DNA of 64,000 nt from Terriglobia bacterium. GTDB lineage: Bacteria > Acidobacteriota > Terriglobia > 20CM-2-55-15. Shown one piece after another: positions 39,201-48,981 of the stretch. The notes under the pieces were generated by a model. That model worked only from the letters and a program-made list of their open reading frames with translations, was not told where the DNA came from and did not search any database. Numbering within the stretch: position 1 is the stretch's first letter; each line of letters opens with the position of its first letter. A program made the translations under genes and the position numbers. The DNA lies in contig CBDAOY010000007.1 of the NCBI GenBank assembly GCA_965198225.1, positions 576,001-640,000 of the forward strand. The letters run 5' to 3'.

Positions 39201-39818
39201 GAACTGCGGCAGAAGCTCGATTCGATGGGTAGCGTCAACATGATGGCCGTCGAAGAATACGATGAGGCACAGCAAAGGTTCGAGTTCCTGACGACGCAGC
39301 GTCAGGATCTGTTGGATTCGATCCGCGATACCGCGCAGGCGATCGATGAGATCGACACCGTTTGCCGGAGGCAGTTCAAAGATGCGTTTGGGCAGATCAA
39401 TGACCGATTCCAGGCTGCGTTCGTGGAACTGTTCGGCGGAGGCCACGGCGAGTTGCGCCTGATCGACCAGGGGGAGGCCGCCGACGGGGGTATCGAAATC
39501 GTGGCTCAGCCTCCCGGCAAGAAGCTGCAGAATGTCTTGCTTCTCTCCGGCGGTGAGAAGGCGCTGGCCGCGCTATCGCTGCTGATCGCGCTGTTCCAAT
39601 TCAAACCGAGTCCTTTCTGCGTCCTCGACGAGGTCGACGCACCACTCGACGATGCCAACATCGATCGGTTTGCCCACTTGATCCGAGAGATGAGCGAAGA
39701 GACGCAGTTCATCGTTATCACGCACTCCAAGCGCACGATGGAAACGGCCAACCAGCTCTACGGAGTTACGATGGAAGAGCCGGGGATTTCCAAGGTCGTG
39801 TCGGTAAGATTGAATTGA
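36285..39818 (+). CDS. smc: Chromosome segregation protein SMC (5' end appears damaged)
   Basis: Walker A GPNGCGKSN in frame upstream of the listed ORF start; LSGGEK, LDEVDAPLD and ITH motifs; coiled coils and hinge; in-frame TAG at 36300. Confidence 0.93.
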
Positions 39819-39943
39819 CAACTGCCGCACTCGGCGTCCACCATTCTTGTTTCGGGTCCGTGTCATCGTCGTCTGTTCATGTGCTTCCCGCGTGATTTGG
39901 TGACGCCGACAGGTCACCGGAAAGCCGACCCAGGTCGATTCCA

Positions 39944-40825
39944 ATGGTTTTGATACAAACAGAACTGCCCGGCATCAAGTTTCACGCAAGGGGAAAAGTT
40001 CGCGACATATACGATTTCGGGGATGCTCTGCTGTTCATCGCGACCGATCGCCTATCGGCTTTTGATGTCGTGTTACCGACTCCTATTCCCAACAAGGGCC
40101 GTGTCCTGACTCAGATGTCCCGATTCTGGTTCGATTTCTTCAAAGACGTCGTTCCCAACCACGTGATTTCGCTCGATGTCGATGACTACCCCGAGGAAGC
40201 CCGAGGATTTCGAGAGCAGATCGAAGGCCGCTCGATGCTCGTGAGACGGGCGGAAGTGTTTCCCGTGGAGTGCGTGGTACGTGGATACATCACGGGTTCG
40301 GGTTGGAAGGATTATCAGGAGTCAGGAAAAGTGTGCGGTATCACCCTTCCGACGGACCTCGTAGAGTCCGACAAGCTCGCCGAACCCATTTTCACGCCCG
40401 CGACCAAAGCCGCAACGGGTCATGACGAGAACATATCCGAGGCACAGGCGGCTGACATCATAGGAGCAGAGGCGGTGGGAAGGCTGCGGGATCTGTCCAT
40501 CGACATCTACAATCGAGCCGCGGAGTACGCGGCCGAGCGCGGAATCATAATTTGTGACACGAAGTTCGAATTCGGCACAATCGACGGCGAAATTACCATC
40601 GTCGATGAAATGCTGACCCCGGATTCTTCTCGGTTCTGGCCGGAATCGGAATACGAGCCGGGTAGATCACAGTCATCATTCGACAAGCAGTTCGTCCGGA
40701 ACTACCTGGAAGAGATCGATTGGAACAAACATCCTCCGGCACCTGAGCTCCCGGCCGGCGTGGTCGAAGGAACGAGCGCGAAGTACGCTGAGGCCTTTCG
40801 CCGACTTACAGGGTTGGAACTGTAG
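39944..40825 (+). CDS. purC: SAICAR synthetase
   Basis: GKVRDIY, TDRLSAFD, DTKFEFG, LTPDSSRFW. Confidence 0.97.
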   Translation: MVLIQTELPGIKFHARGKVRDIYDFGDALLFIATDRLSAFDVVLPTPIPNKGRVLTQMSRFWFDFFKDVVPNHVISLDVDDYPEEARGFREQIEGRSMLVRRAEVFPVECVVRGYITGSGWKDYQESGKVCGITLPTDLVESDKLAEPIFTPATKAATGHDENISEAQAADIIGAEAVGRLRDLSIDIYNRAAEYAAERGIIICDTKFEFGTIDGEITIVDEMLTPDSSRFWPESEYEPGRSQSSFDKQFVRNYLEEIDWNKHPPAPELPAGVVEGTSAKYAEAFRRLTGLEL

Positions 40826-40886
40826 TGATCGCAGCGAGCGAATAGCCGCGCGGGAGGGGCCCTCAGCCTGAGCTGAAGACGAAGCT

Positions 40887-41444
40887 GTGAGCGAGTACTT
40901 CGCGGTATCGATCATTGATTTCACGCTGCTGGACTGGATCGTCCTGGGAATCGTCCTCTATTCGGTAGTCATGAGTGCCGTCCGCGGCTTCGTTCGCGAG
41001 GTGCTTGGACTCGCAACGGTCCTTGCTGCGCTCTTTCTCGCCGCGTGGTTTCATCGGGATCTCGGCATGCTGTTCCGGGACATTTTCAGCACGGAAAACC
41101 TTGCCCTCTTCTTTGGCTTCTCCCTGTTGTTCGTCGGCACGCTCATCGTTGGCTTTACGGTGATCTGGCTAGTCTACCGGTTCTTCCAGTTCGCGCGCAT
41201 CGAGTGGTTCGATCGTCTTCTTGGCGGGGCATTCGGATTCATTCGGGGTTGGTTGCTCGCTACCGTCATCTTCCTGGTCTTGACTTCGTTCGGGGTTCGG
41301 TCCGAGACCGTCCGGGATTCCGAACTTTCGCCCTACTTTCTTCACGGTTCCCGTGTCGTCGCTGCCGTCACTCCGTTCGAGTTGAAATCGAGATTCATGG
41401 TCGGATACGAAGAAGTTCAGCGATGGTGGAGAGAAAATCTGTGA
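40887..41444 (+). CDS. cvpA: CvpA-family membrane protein
   Basis: RGFVREVLGL, DRLLGGAFGFIRG; follows a pur gene. Confidence 0.9.
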   Translation: MSEYFAVSIIDFTLLDWIVLGIVLYSVVMSAVRGFVREVLGLATVLAALFLAAWFHRDLGMLFRDIFSTENLALFFGFSLLFVGTLIVGFTVIWLVYRFFQFARIEWFDRLLGGAFGFIRGWLLATVIFLVLTSFGVRSETVRDSELSPYFLHGSRVVAAVTPFELKSRFMVGYEEVQRWWRENL

Positions 41445-41445
41445 T

Positions 41446-41511
41446 GTAGGTGCGGCCTATGACCGCACATTCTTCGGACCGTGACAATGTGCGGTCATAG
41501 ACCGCCCCTAC
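41446..41511. repeat. GTAG-type REP doublet (family 1)
   Basis: Inverted pair between convergent genes. Confidence 0.9.
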
Positions 41512-41533
41512 ACCAGCCCCGGGTGGGGCCGCA

Positions 41534-42505
41534 TTAAAGCTCTAACTCCACCCCCACGCCCATCTCTTTTGCGCGCCGGTAAGCCATGTCGGCGGCAACC
41601 AGGTCTTCCATCGCCATCCCAAGCGACTTGAACAACGTCACACGGTCGCTCGTGTCGGGGATCTGCTTCTTTCCTGAAACAACCTCATCCAGAGAGGCAA
41701 AGATATGATCCTTTGTGATTACCTCTTCCTCGATCGCGATGACGAGCTCGCCGGCTTCGGCCAAAGCGCCGTCGTAGGAGTCGACGACGAGAAGAGAGCC
41801 GGCGACCACGTCGGACCCGATCTCGCGGGTGTTCGGTCGGTAGGCTCCCATCGCGTTGATGTGAGCGCCTGGTTTCAGTGCCGACATCGGAAACAAGGGC
41901 TCCACGTTGGTCGTGCACGTGCAGATGATGTCGACTTCCTTCAGTTCGGATATTTCTCCGAGGGTGGTTGGAATGCCGAGGTGTTCATCGATCCTCGCTT
42001 TGAATTCGGCCCCCAGCCCGGGCGTTAACGGGAAGAGCACTATCTGCGAGATTGCGAACAGGCTCGTGAAGGCCTGAACGTGTCCCCAGGCCTGGACCCC
42101 TGTGCCGAAGATTCCCAGATGCTTTCCTCCTGCCTTACCGAGCTGCTCGGTCGCCAGCGCCGAAGCCACAGCCGTGCGTGCAGACGTCAGGTACTCCGCG
42201 TCCATCAGGCTCAGGATCTCGCCGGTTTCGGCACTGACGTACAAGTAGGCGGAATGAATCAGCGGAAGGTTCTTCGACGGGTTCTGACTCATGACCGTCA
42301 CCAACTTGAGTCCGGTTGAGCGCACGCTCTCGCCGTATGCCGGCATGAACAGCGACACGCCGTCGAATTGTTCCATTTCGATGACCGTTCTTAGCGGCAT
42401 TTCGCAGTTACCGTCGGCGAGCATCTGGAAGCCTTGTTTGAGGGGTTCAAAGAGCTCGACGTGAGGGAGGACTTTCGTTACGTCTTCACGAGACAGTATC
42501 AACAT
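41534..42505 (-). CDS. Ornithine cyclodeaminase / mu-crystallin family protein
   Basis: LTSARTA, GTGVQA, HINAMG, FKSLGMAMEDL. Confidence 0.92.
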   Translation of the reverse strand: MLILSREDVTKVLPHVELFEPLKQGFQMLADGNCEMPLRTVIEMEQFDGVSLFMPAYGESVRSTGLKLVTVMSQNPSKNLPLIHSAYLYVSAETGEILSLMDAEYLTSARTAVASALATEQLGKAGGKHLGIFGTGVQAWGHVQAFTSLFAISQIVLFPLTPGLGAEFKARIDEHLGIPTTLGEISELKEVDIICTCTTNVEPLFPMSALKPGAHINAMGAYRPNTREIGSDVVAGSLLVVDSYDGALAEAGELVIAIEEEVITKDHIFASLDEVVSGKKQIPDTSDRVTLFKSLGMAMEDLVAADMAYRRAKEMGVGVELEL

Positions 42506-43625
42506 TAGGTTTACCGGCTTTCTTTCGTTTCCTGCTCTGGAGGTTGTCGATTACGTGCGCCGAGGCGGTCGCCGGATCTCCGACGCGTGTGAGCCTCACA
42601 CTCTGAACGGGTTGAGTGATAAAACTGGAGACGAGGCAGAACTCATCGTACTGTCTGTCCCGATCGGTCACCGGTGCCGGCGTGTCGAACCGTCTGCGAA
42701 GTATTTCGCGCAAATCCTCCACGATTTCGTCAACGGCGTATTCTTCCACACCTTGAATCGATCCTGCGTGAACGAAAGCGAGTTTCCGTCGCTTCACGCT
42801 ATCGGCGTCCATGACAGCAACGAAGTCGAAGTTCCAGAGGTTGAAGTACGTGTCGTGGTGATCCTTTCGCGCGCGCCTCAGGCGATCCAGTTGCCTGCGG
42901 AGACGCTCGGCGTCTTCGAACTTCGTCTCTTCGGCGAGTTCCTCCATGCGGGCGAGCAGAGGCTCTTCGATTTCCGAGTCTTTGCCTTCGACAAATGCGA
43001 TCGCCCGGTCGATGTCCTCAAGGTATGCCTCGCGGTCGATGTCTCCGTTGCATGGTCTCGAACACGTGCGCATCTGGAAGTACAGGCAGTCCGGGTAAGG
43101 ATCGTTGCCGTGGATGTTGTACTGGCAGGGCCGGATCCTGAAGGTCCGTTCCAGCGTTGTCTTGAGCCGCTCCAACTGCGCTCGGCTTGCGAACGGTCCG
43201 AAGTACTCCACGCCGCGCTTGATCTGTCTCGTCGCATAGATCCGAGGAAAGCGTTGTCGGCGGTTGATCTTCATCATGCGAAACAACGGGAACGTCCTCA
43301 TCTTGCGGTAGGTTTCGGGGAACCAGCGTCGGCGTTCGCTATAGAGCAGGTAGAGTGTTTCCATTGGAGAGTCGGTCCGGCAGTATTCAATGCGGCCCGT
43401 GATCTCTGTCAGATCCAGAGCCCTGACGTCGTCGGCCTCGGGAAAGAAGAATCGTTCGATTCGTCGCGCCAGATTGTGTGTCTTTTCCAGGATCATGAGG
43501 TTTCCGTGGACGTCGAAGATCCTGAATACGCCCGATCGCTTGGGTATTTCGCAGAGAAGTTCGTTCCTCACCCGGCCTGAGGCGTAAGGGATGGTTTCAA
43601 ATTCGAACGGGACGGGCGTCGGCAT
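42486..43625 (-). CDS. UvrC N-terminal-like protein (degenerate GIY-YIG, Cys4 motif, UVR domain)
   Basis: YFGPF, FRIRPC...CLY....CSRPC, FEDAERLR; lacks the RNaseH-like catalytic motifs and HhH domain. Confidence 0.75.
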   Translation of the reverse strand: MPTPVPFEFETIPYASGRVRNELLCEIPKRSGVFRIFDVHGNLMILEKTHNLARRIERFFFPEADDVRALDLTEITGRIEYCRTDSPMETLYLLYSERRRWFPETYRKMRTFPLFRMMKINRRQRFPRIYATRQIKRGVEYFGPFASRAQLERLKTTLERTFRIRPCQYNIHGNDPYPDCLYFQMRTCSRPCNGDIDREAYLEDIDRAIAFVEGKDSEIEEPLLARMEELAEETKFEDAERLRRQLDRLRRARKDHHDTYFNLWNFDFVAVMDADSVKRRKLAFVHAGSIQGVEEYAVDEIVEDLREILRRRFDTPAPVTDRDRQYDEFCLVSSFITQPVQSVRLTRVGDPATASAHVIDNLQSRKRKKAGKPNVDTVS

Positions 43626-43670
43626 GAGAGGAACATTATAGGGGAGGAGTAGTCAGTAGGAAGATCGAGT

Positions 43671-43760
43671 GTAGGTGCGCTCTATGAGCGCACGGCGTTT
43701 GGGTACGAAGAGTGTGCGGTGTTTCGGTTCAAAGATTGTGCGGTCATAGACCGCACCTAC
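43671..43760. repeat. GTAG-type REP doublet (family 1)
   Basis: Inverted pair with a partial third unit inside. Confidence 0.9.
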
Positions 43761-43772
43761 AGCGGCAACGGC

Positions 43773-44690
43773 CTACTGATTCCCGTTCCACACCTCCCAG
43801 TGGAAGCGTAGCGACTCATCCGTATGCCGGCGGGCGTAATCCCATCCGTGGTTGCCGGGGAAGAGGTGGAATTCGTGGTCGATGCTTTTCGCCTCGAGGA
43901 CCTCGCTCAGCTGCGTCGCTCCGACGTAGAATCCGTACTCGTCTTCCGTTCCACAATCGAAATAGATTCGCAGACCATCCAGTCCGTCGCTTTCTCTGGC
44001 GATGCGCAGCGGGTTGTTTTCCTCCCAGTAGGCGAGGTCGTTCGACACGCCGAAAATGTTGTCGAACAGCGCGTAGAACATCCGGGCACGTCTCATGCCG
44101 ACGGCGGCGGCCGCGAAGTCATCGATCAGCATCGCGCTGTGCGCACTGACGGATCCAAAGAGGTCGGGATGCTTGAACGCCAGCTTCAAGGCGCCGTATC
44201 CACCCATGGATATGCCGCTCAGGGCTCGGCCGGCCCGCGTTCCTTCCGCTCGCGTTGTGGACTCGATCATCGGGACGAACTCGTCGGTGATCATGTCCTC
44301 CCACCGTTCCCCCGAGATCGAGTTCGTGTAGAAACTGTTCGCGCCGAAAGGAATCGCCACGATGAACTCCCCGATCTCACCCGCTTCCACCATGCGATCG
44401 AGCATGATGTCGGTTCGTCCACGGGTGCTCCACCGCCGCTCGTTTTCGTTCGCGCCGTGGAGGAAGAAGACTACGGGGTAGGTTCTCTCGCTCGTGTCGT
44501 ATGAAGGCGGGAGATAGAGAGCGTAGGAGATCTGGCGGCCCAGCAATTCGCTCCCGAAGGCCTTGTACTGGACTCTGGAACCTTCCGGGACGATGTCCCG
44601 GTTCCGGTCCCGACCGAAGCGGCGCTGGGCGGAAGCGCTCGAAGCAACGAGCAGAATGATGACCGCTAGGACCAGGCGGGTTTTCGACAT
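43773..44690 (-). CDS. Exported alpha/beta-hydrolase esterase
   Basis: Signal peptide, LYLPPSY, FLHG, GISMGG nucleophile elbow, GNHGW. Confidence 0.9.
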   Translation of the reverse strand: MSKTRLVLAVIILLVASSASAQRRFGRDRNRDIVPEGSRVQYKAFGSELLGRQISYALYLPPSYDTSERTYPVVFFLHGANENERRWSTRGRTDIMLDRMVEAGEIGEFIVAIPFGANSFYTNSISGERWEDMITDEFVPMIESTTRAEGTRAGRALSGISMGGYGALKLAFKHPDLFGSVSAHSAMLIDDFAAAAVGMRRARMFYALFDNIFGVSNDLAYWEENNPLRIARESDGLDGLRIYFDCGTEDEYGFYVGATQLSEVLEAKSIDHEFHLFPGNHGWDYARRHTDESLRFHWEVWNGNQ

Positions 44691-44693
44691 CGA

Positions 44694-45083
44694 CTATTTC
44701 TTTTCGGCGGTCGTTATTTCCTGGGGTGTTTTAGAGCTTTCTTCCGAGGCGGGGGAGCCGTCAAAGTGTTGAATCTGCAACGCCTCTGCGGCCTGGTCGG
44801 TCAGGTCGACGATCGCAGCGGCGTTGACGCCCATCGTGATCGCAATCGTTTCGCTCAGTTCATCCCGGGTTGCACCGTACTTGACGGCTTTCTTGATGTG
44901 CCCCTCGAGGCATCCGTTGCAATGCGTCGCCAGGGAAGCAGCGATTGCGATCAACTCCTTGGTTTTCCGGTCCAACACCGAGGTCTTGTACGTTTCCTGG
45001 TAGAAACGGAAGTAGATCTTCCGCATCCGGGGGTCGACCATGGTGTAGGACGGCCATCTTTCCTTGCCAGACTCGTCGGCCAT
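44694..45083 (-). CDS. Carboxymuconolactone decarboxylase / AhpD-family protein
   Basis: LDRKTKELIAIA...CNGCLEGH. Confidence 0.9.
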   Translation of the reverse strand: MADESGKERWPSYTMVDPRMRKIYFRFYQETYKTSVLDRKTKELIAIAASLATHCNGCLEGHIKKAVKYGATRDELSETIAITMGVNAAAIVDLTDQAAEALQIQHFDGSPASEESSKTPQEITTAEKK

Positions 45084-45142
45084 GAAGGCTTCGCTCCTCT
45101 ATGTAACTATGTGTACGAAATCCAAGGCCGAAATGTTACGTG

Positions 45143-47125
45143 CTACGCCGCGATGTCGTCAAGGACGTCCCGAACGGCCCTGTTCAGCTTCTCGAGCGGG
45201 AATGGCTTGGGGAGGAAGCCCTGGACGCCGAGTACTTCGAGTGCGGCCAGCCGGTCCGGAGCCGTGTAGCCGCTGGCGACGAGGACCTTTGTTTCGGGAA
45301 AGCGCTCCCGGATTCTCCGGAGCGTCGACAACCCGTCCATCACAGGCATGATCATATCCAGGATGACCAGGTCGACTTCAGGCGTGATCCGATCCAGGGC
45401 TTCGGCGCCGTTTGACGCCGTTTGGACCGGGTAGCCCTGGTTGGACAGAGCCGCCGCCATCAGGCTCAACATCCGCTGTTCGTCGTCCACGACCAGGATT
45501 GTTTCCTCTCCCCCGTTGCTGGCCCGGTCTTCGCTCTCCGGTTTGCGAGCCGACCCGTCGGTGCTGGGAAAGTACATCAGAAACTCGGTACCCCGGCTCA
45601 ACTCGGTCCGTACCTCGATCGTGCCGCCGTGGCGTTGGAGGGTGCCGTAGACCATGCTCAGGCCCAGACCCGTCCCCCGGCCTTTGTCTTTGGTCGTGAA
45701 AAACGGATCGAAGATCTTGTCCAGGATGGCCCGATCGATGCCCGGACCGTCGTCCGCGACCGACAGGAGCACCCGCCCGGCTTCGGTGCTCGTGCGGAAA
45801 GTGATCTGGCCGCCGGAAGGCATTTCGTCACGAGCGTTGATTGCGAGATTGATCAGAACCTGGGTGATCTGGCCCTCATCGGCCCGTATGGGAGGGATCA
45901 CTCCAGGAACTATCTTCAGCTGGATCGTTCTGTCAATCGTCTCCCGCAAAAGCCGCGCCGTCTGGGCGACAACCTCATTCAGGTCGACCCGCTCCGAGGA
46001 ATGAGGTTCGTCGCGGGCGAGCGAGAGTAGACGGCCGGTCAGGTCCGACGCCCGGGTTGAGGCCTCGATGATGGTTGCGGCGCGCTCGGAATTCGTCCCT
46101 TCTCCTTCGGTCAGCTGGATCAGTTCCGCGGTCGGAAGGATGATTCCGATGATGTTGTTGAAGTCGTGCGCGATTCCGCTGGCGAGGGTTCCGATCGACT
46201 CCATCTTCTGGCTGCGACCGAGTTGCTCGGCGAGACGCTTCTGCTCTGTGACGTCGCGAATCACGACCGAGATCCGTTCACCGTCATCGACAGCATTGAT
46301 GAGGGCACTTACCTCGTCTTGGGACGGACGAGACAACGCGCACTCAAAATTCTGGATCGACCTGAAGATCTCGATCGTTCCACGGAACTGGCTCGCCGCG
46401 TGGTCGGAGCTGAACAGCTTCGGTAGCGACTCCCCGGCGTCGACCTGGGGGAACAATTCCCGCGCAGCGGGGTTCATATCGATGATCTTCCAGTGGCGAT
46501 CGCATATGTAGACTACGTCCTGCATACGCTCGACGAAGCTCCGGTATTTTGCCTCGGAAGTTCGCAGATGCTCGTAGAGCTGGATGTTCGATAGGGCTCC
46601 AGAGATCTGAGGGACCACCATCTGCAAGGTCCGCAGCGTAGAGGCGTTGAAGGCGCCGGCTTCGTCGTCGGTCAGGATCAGCACCCCCTGCGTGGTGCCC
46701 CTGCTTGTGAGAGGGATGAGCAGCCAAGACTGAAAGTCGTGCGGTAAAGGCCATTCTCCTCCACCGTGCCGGTCCTCCAGGCATTCGATGTAAGTTGCGT
46801 CGTTGGGGTTTTCCAACACCCGCCTCAGGTTTTCGGCAGGGATCGAGGCCGGGAATCCATCGGTTCTGCCGAAAAGCACCGACACGGCCTCGATCTGGAA
46901 GAAATGCTCGTTCGCCGTGTACAGCGCGACGTACCTGCAGAGAGTGGTTTCGGCTATCAGTTCGACCAGTTCCAGGCTCAGGTCGCTGACCGTGTTGTGG
47001 CGGCTGACCGCCTCGCCGATCCGGCTGACGAAGGACAGCTCTTCGATCTTCTTCCGGAAGGCATCGTTCGCCTTCTCCATTGCTTCGCTGAGCTGCGCGA
47101 CGCGCCTGTCGTTGTCGGATGTCAT
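45143..47125 (-). CDS. Cytoplasmic hybrid histidine kinase (GAF-PAS-HK-REC)
   Basis: [27 protein letters not shown]. Confidence 0.93.
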   Translation of the reverse strand: MTSDNDRRVAQLSEAMEKANDAFRKKIEELSFVSRIGEAVSRHNTVSDLSLELVELIAETTLCRYVALYTANEHFFQIEAVSVLFGRTDGFPASIPAENLRRVLENPNDATYIECLEDRHGGGEWPLPHDFQSWLLIPLTSRGTTQGVLILTDDEAGAFNASTLRTLQMVVPQISGALSNIQLYEHLRTSEAKYRSFVERMQDVVYICDRHWKIIDMNPAARELFPQVDAGESLPKLFSSDHAASQFRGTIEIFRSIQNFECALSRPSQDEVSALINAVDDGERISVVIRDVTEQKRLAEQLGRSQKMESIGTLASGIAHDFNNIIGIILPTAELIQLTEGEGTNSERAATIIEASTRASDLTGRLLSLARDEPHSSERVDLNEVVAQTARLLRETIDRTIQLKIVPGVIPPIRADEGQITQVLINLAINARDEMPSGGQITFRTSTEAGRVLLSVADDGPGIDRAILDKIFDPFFTTKDKGRGTGLGLSMVYGTLQRHGGTIEVRTELSRGTEFLMYFPSTDGSARKPESEDRASNGGEETILVVDDEQRMLSLMAAALSNQGYPVQTASNGAEALDRITPEVDLVILDMIMPVMDGLSTLRRIRERFPETKVLVASGYTAPDRLAALEVLGVQGFLPKPFPLEKLNRAVRDVLDDIAA

Positions 47126-47128
47126 TGT

Positions 47129-47968
47129 CTAAACCAGACTCAAGAAGGCTTCGATCTGGCCTCTCTGGTCTTCCAGCTGTTCGACCAGTCGGGTGTAATG
47201 GGCTTCGCTCAATCCGAAGGCTTCGATCTGCGCCGCCCCGTCAGCTTGTTCTCCTCCCAGTCCCATGTCGATATGGGTCGCCGCGGCATCGGCGATCCGG
47301 ATCACGTGGATGAGATCGTTTTCTTCCTGCGTGTTTCCCCCGCCCGAGTGGTGTCCGGCGATTCCCGCGATGAGCGCCGGAGGGAGCTGCCATCTTTCGG
47401 CCAGCCAGCCACCAGCTTGGGCGTGATCGACTTCGAGGACGCGGCGCTCGACTTCATCGAGCGGCGTGTCGTCATCGATCGCCAGCCGCACCCCGCCATA
47501 AGCCTCGGGAAAACACATTTCCAGTACCAGCGCCCCGATGTCATGGAGCAACCCCGCGCAGAACGCTTCTTCGGGTGGGATGCGGCCGGACTCTTCGGCG
47601 ATCAGTGAGGCCGCATGGGCAGCGGCTATCGAATGCTGCCAGAACCGAGTTCGTTCCGGATTGCCTTTTGACCCCCAGGACTGGATAACAAAGACTCCCA
47701 GCGAGAGTTGCTTGAGCATCGCGGTACCGATGATGGCGATGGCATGGTTGAGCGTCCGTACGCGGGCACGGTGCCCGTAATAGGCGGAATTGGCGAGGCC
47801 GAGCACCTTCGCGGTCAGAGCCTGGTCGCGGCTCACCATCGCGGCCAGCGACTGGTAGCTGTTGCTCTCTTCATCCGCCGCCATCAATATCTTGCGTGCC
47901 ACCACCGGTAGGGTCGGCAGATCGCGCAGCGAATAGATTTGTCGCTTCAGATCGACAGCCGTCGGCAT
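47129..47968 (-). CDS. HDOD-domain protein
   Basis: LPTLP, LANSAYY, FWQHS, GLLHDIG, WQLP. Confidence 0.93.
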   Translation of the reverse strand: MPTAVDLKRQIYSLRDLPTLPVVARKILMAADEESNSYQSLAAMVSRDQALTAKVLGLANSAYYGHRARVRTLNHAIAIIGTAMLKQLSLGVFVIQSWGSKGNPERTRFWQHSIAAAHAASLIAEESGRIPPEEAFCAGLLHDIGALVLEMCFPEAYGGVRLAIDDDTPLDEVERRVLEVDHAQAGGWLAERWQLPPALIAGIAGHHSGGGNTQEENDLIHVIRIADAAATHIDMGLGGEQADGAAQIEAFGLSEAHYTRLVEQLEDQRGQIEAFLSLV

Positions 47969-48345
47969 ACGAGTATCCTCTTATTGTGAATCGGCGGCCG
48001 CCTGAGGGAACATTAGTCCGCAAGGGACGCGTGCTGAGCCAAGAGAAAGCGCCGAAACAGGTTCAAGATGTGTTCTTGAGACCGCCCGGTCGCCGCCATC
48101 TGCATGCCAAAAAGACCACTTGCGCACATTCGGCGCCACCGTTATAGTTTCTACGGTCTTGGCGGATCCTTACCGGTAGCGGGTTTGCGCGACCAGTGCG
48201 ACTGTCCCTCCTGAGATGATCTGGAGTCCAGAATCCGGTCGCGCCGAACTCGAATCCCATGTGGCTGATTAACCAGAGAAACCGCAGTTGTTTGCCACGG
48301 CGCAAGCGGCAGGGGTGATGGGCCCGTATTCGCGTACTTTCGAAG

Positions 48346-48978
48346 ATGAAGAGCGAACTTAGCAGGAGAAACGTCAGAAGAGGGGTTGCGCTGGGGGCCC
48401 TCGTCGTTCTTGCCGGGATCAGCTGGGGGCTCCTGAAGGAGGGCTCCGTGATAGGCCAGTCGACCCCCCCTCCCTCCCCCCAGCGGATTTCACCCGTATT
48501 CACACCGGCGCACCGGACACTGGGGGAGGCCGTGAGGCACTTCTTCATGCTGCGGCCCGAACCCGTACAGCCCCTTGCGTATTCGCACAGGGCGCACATT
48601 GAATCGGGCGTTCTGGACTGCGTGGACTGTCACGACGGCGTGGAGACCGGCCCGATCGCGCACATTCCGAGCGTGACGTTGTGCATGGACTGCCATGATT
48701 TCATCGCCACCGAGAGTCCAGCGATTCAGACTCTCACGGCCTATTACGAGCGAAACGAGGAACCACCGTGGCAGCGCGTATACGGATGGTACGAAGAAGC
48801 CCATGTGCGCTTCAATCACGCCCCGCACATCCGCGCCCAAGTCGAGTGTTCCACGTGCCACGGCGATGTTGGCCAGATGACTGTCGCCGAACGGGTCGTG
48901 GACCACACCATGGGCTTCTGCATCAACTGTCACGAGCAGGAACAGGCGTCGAACGACTGCCTGGTGTGCCACTACTAG
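48346..48978 (+). CDS. Membrane-anchored pentaheme cytochrome c (ActA/QrcA-like)
   Basis: Five CxxCH motifs (CVDCH, CMDCH, CSTCH, CINCH, CLVCH); QP..YSH..H and FNHAPH motifs. Confidence 0.9.
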   Translation: MKSELSRRNVRRGVALGALVVLAGISWGLLKEGSVIGQSTPPPSPQRISPVFTPAHRTLGEAVRHFFMLRPEPVQPLAYSHRAHIESGVLDCVDCHDGVETGPIAHIPSVTLCMDCHDFIATESPAIQTLTAYYERNEEPPWQRVYGWYEEAHVRFNHAPHIRAQVECSTCHGDVGQMTVAERVVDHTMGFCINCHEQEQASNDCLVCHY

Positions 48979-48981
48979 AAA

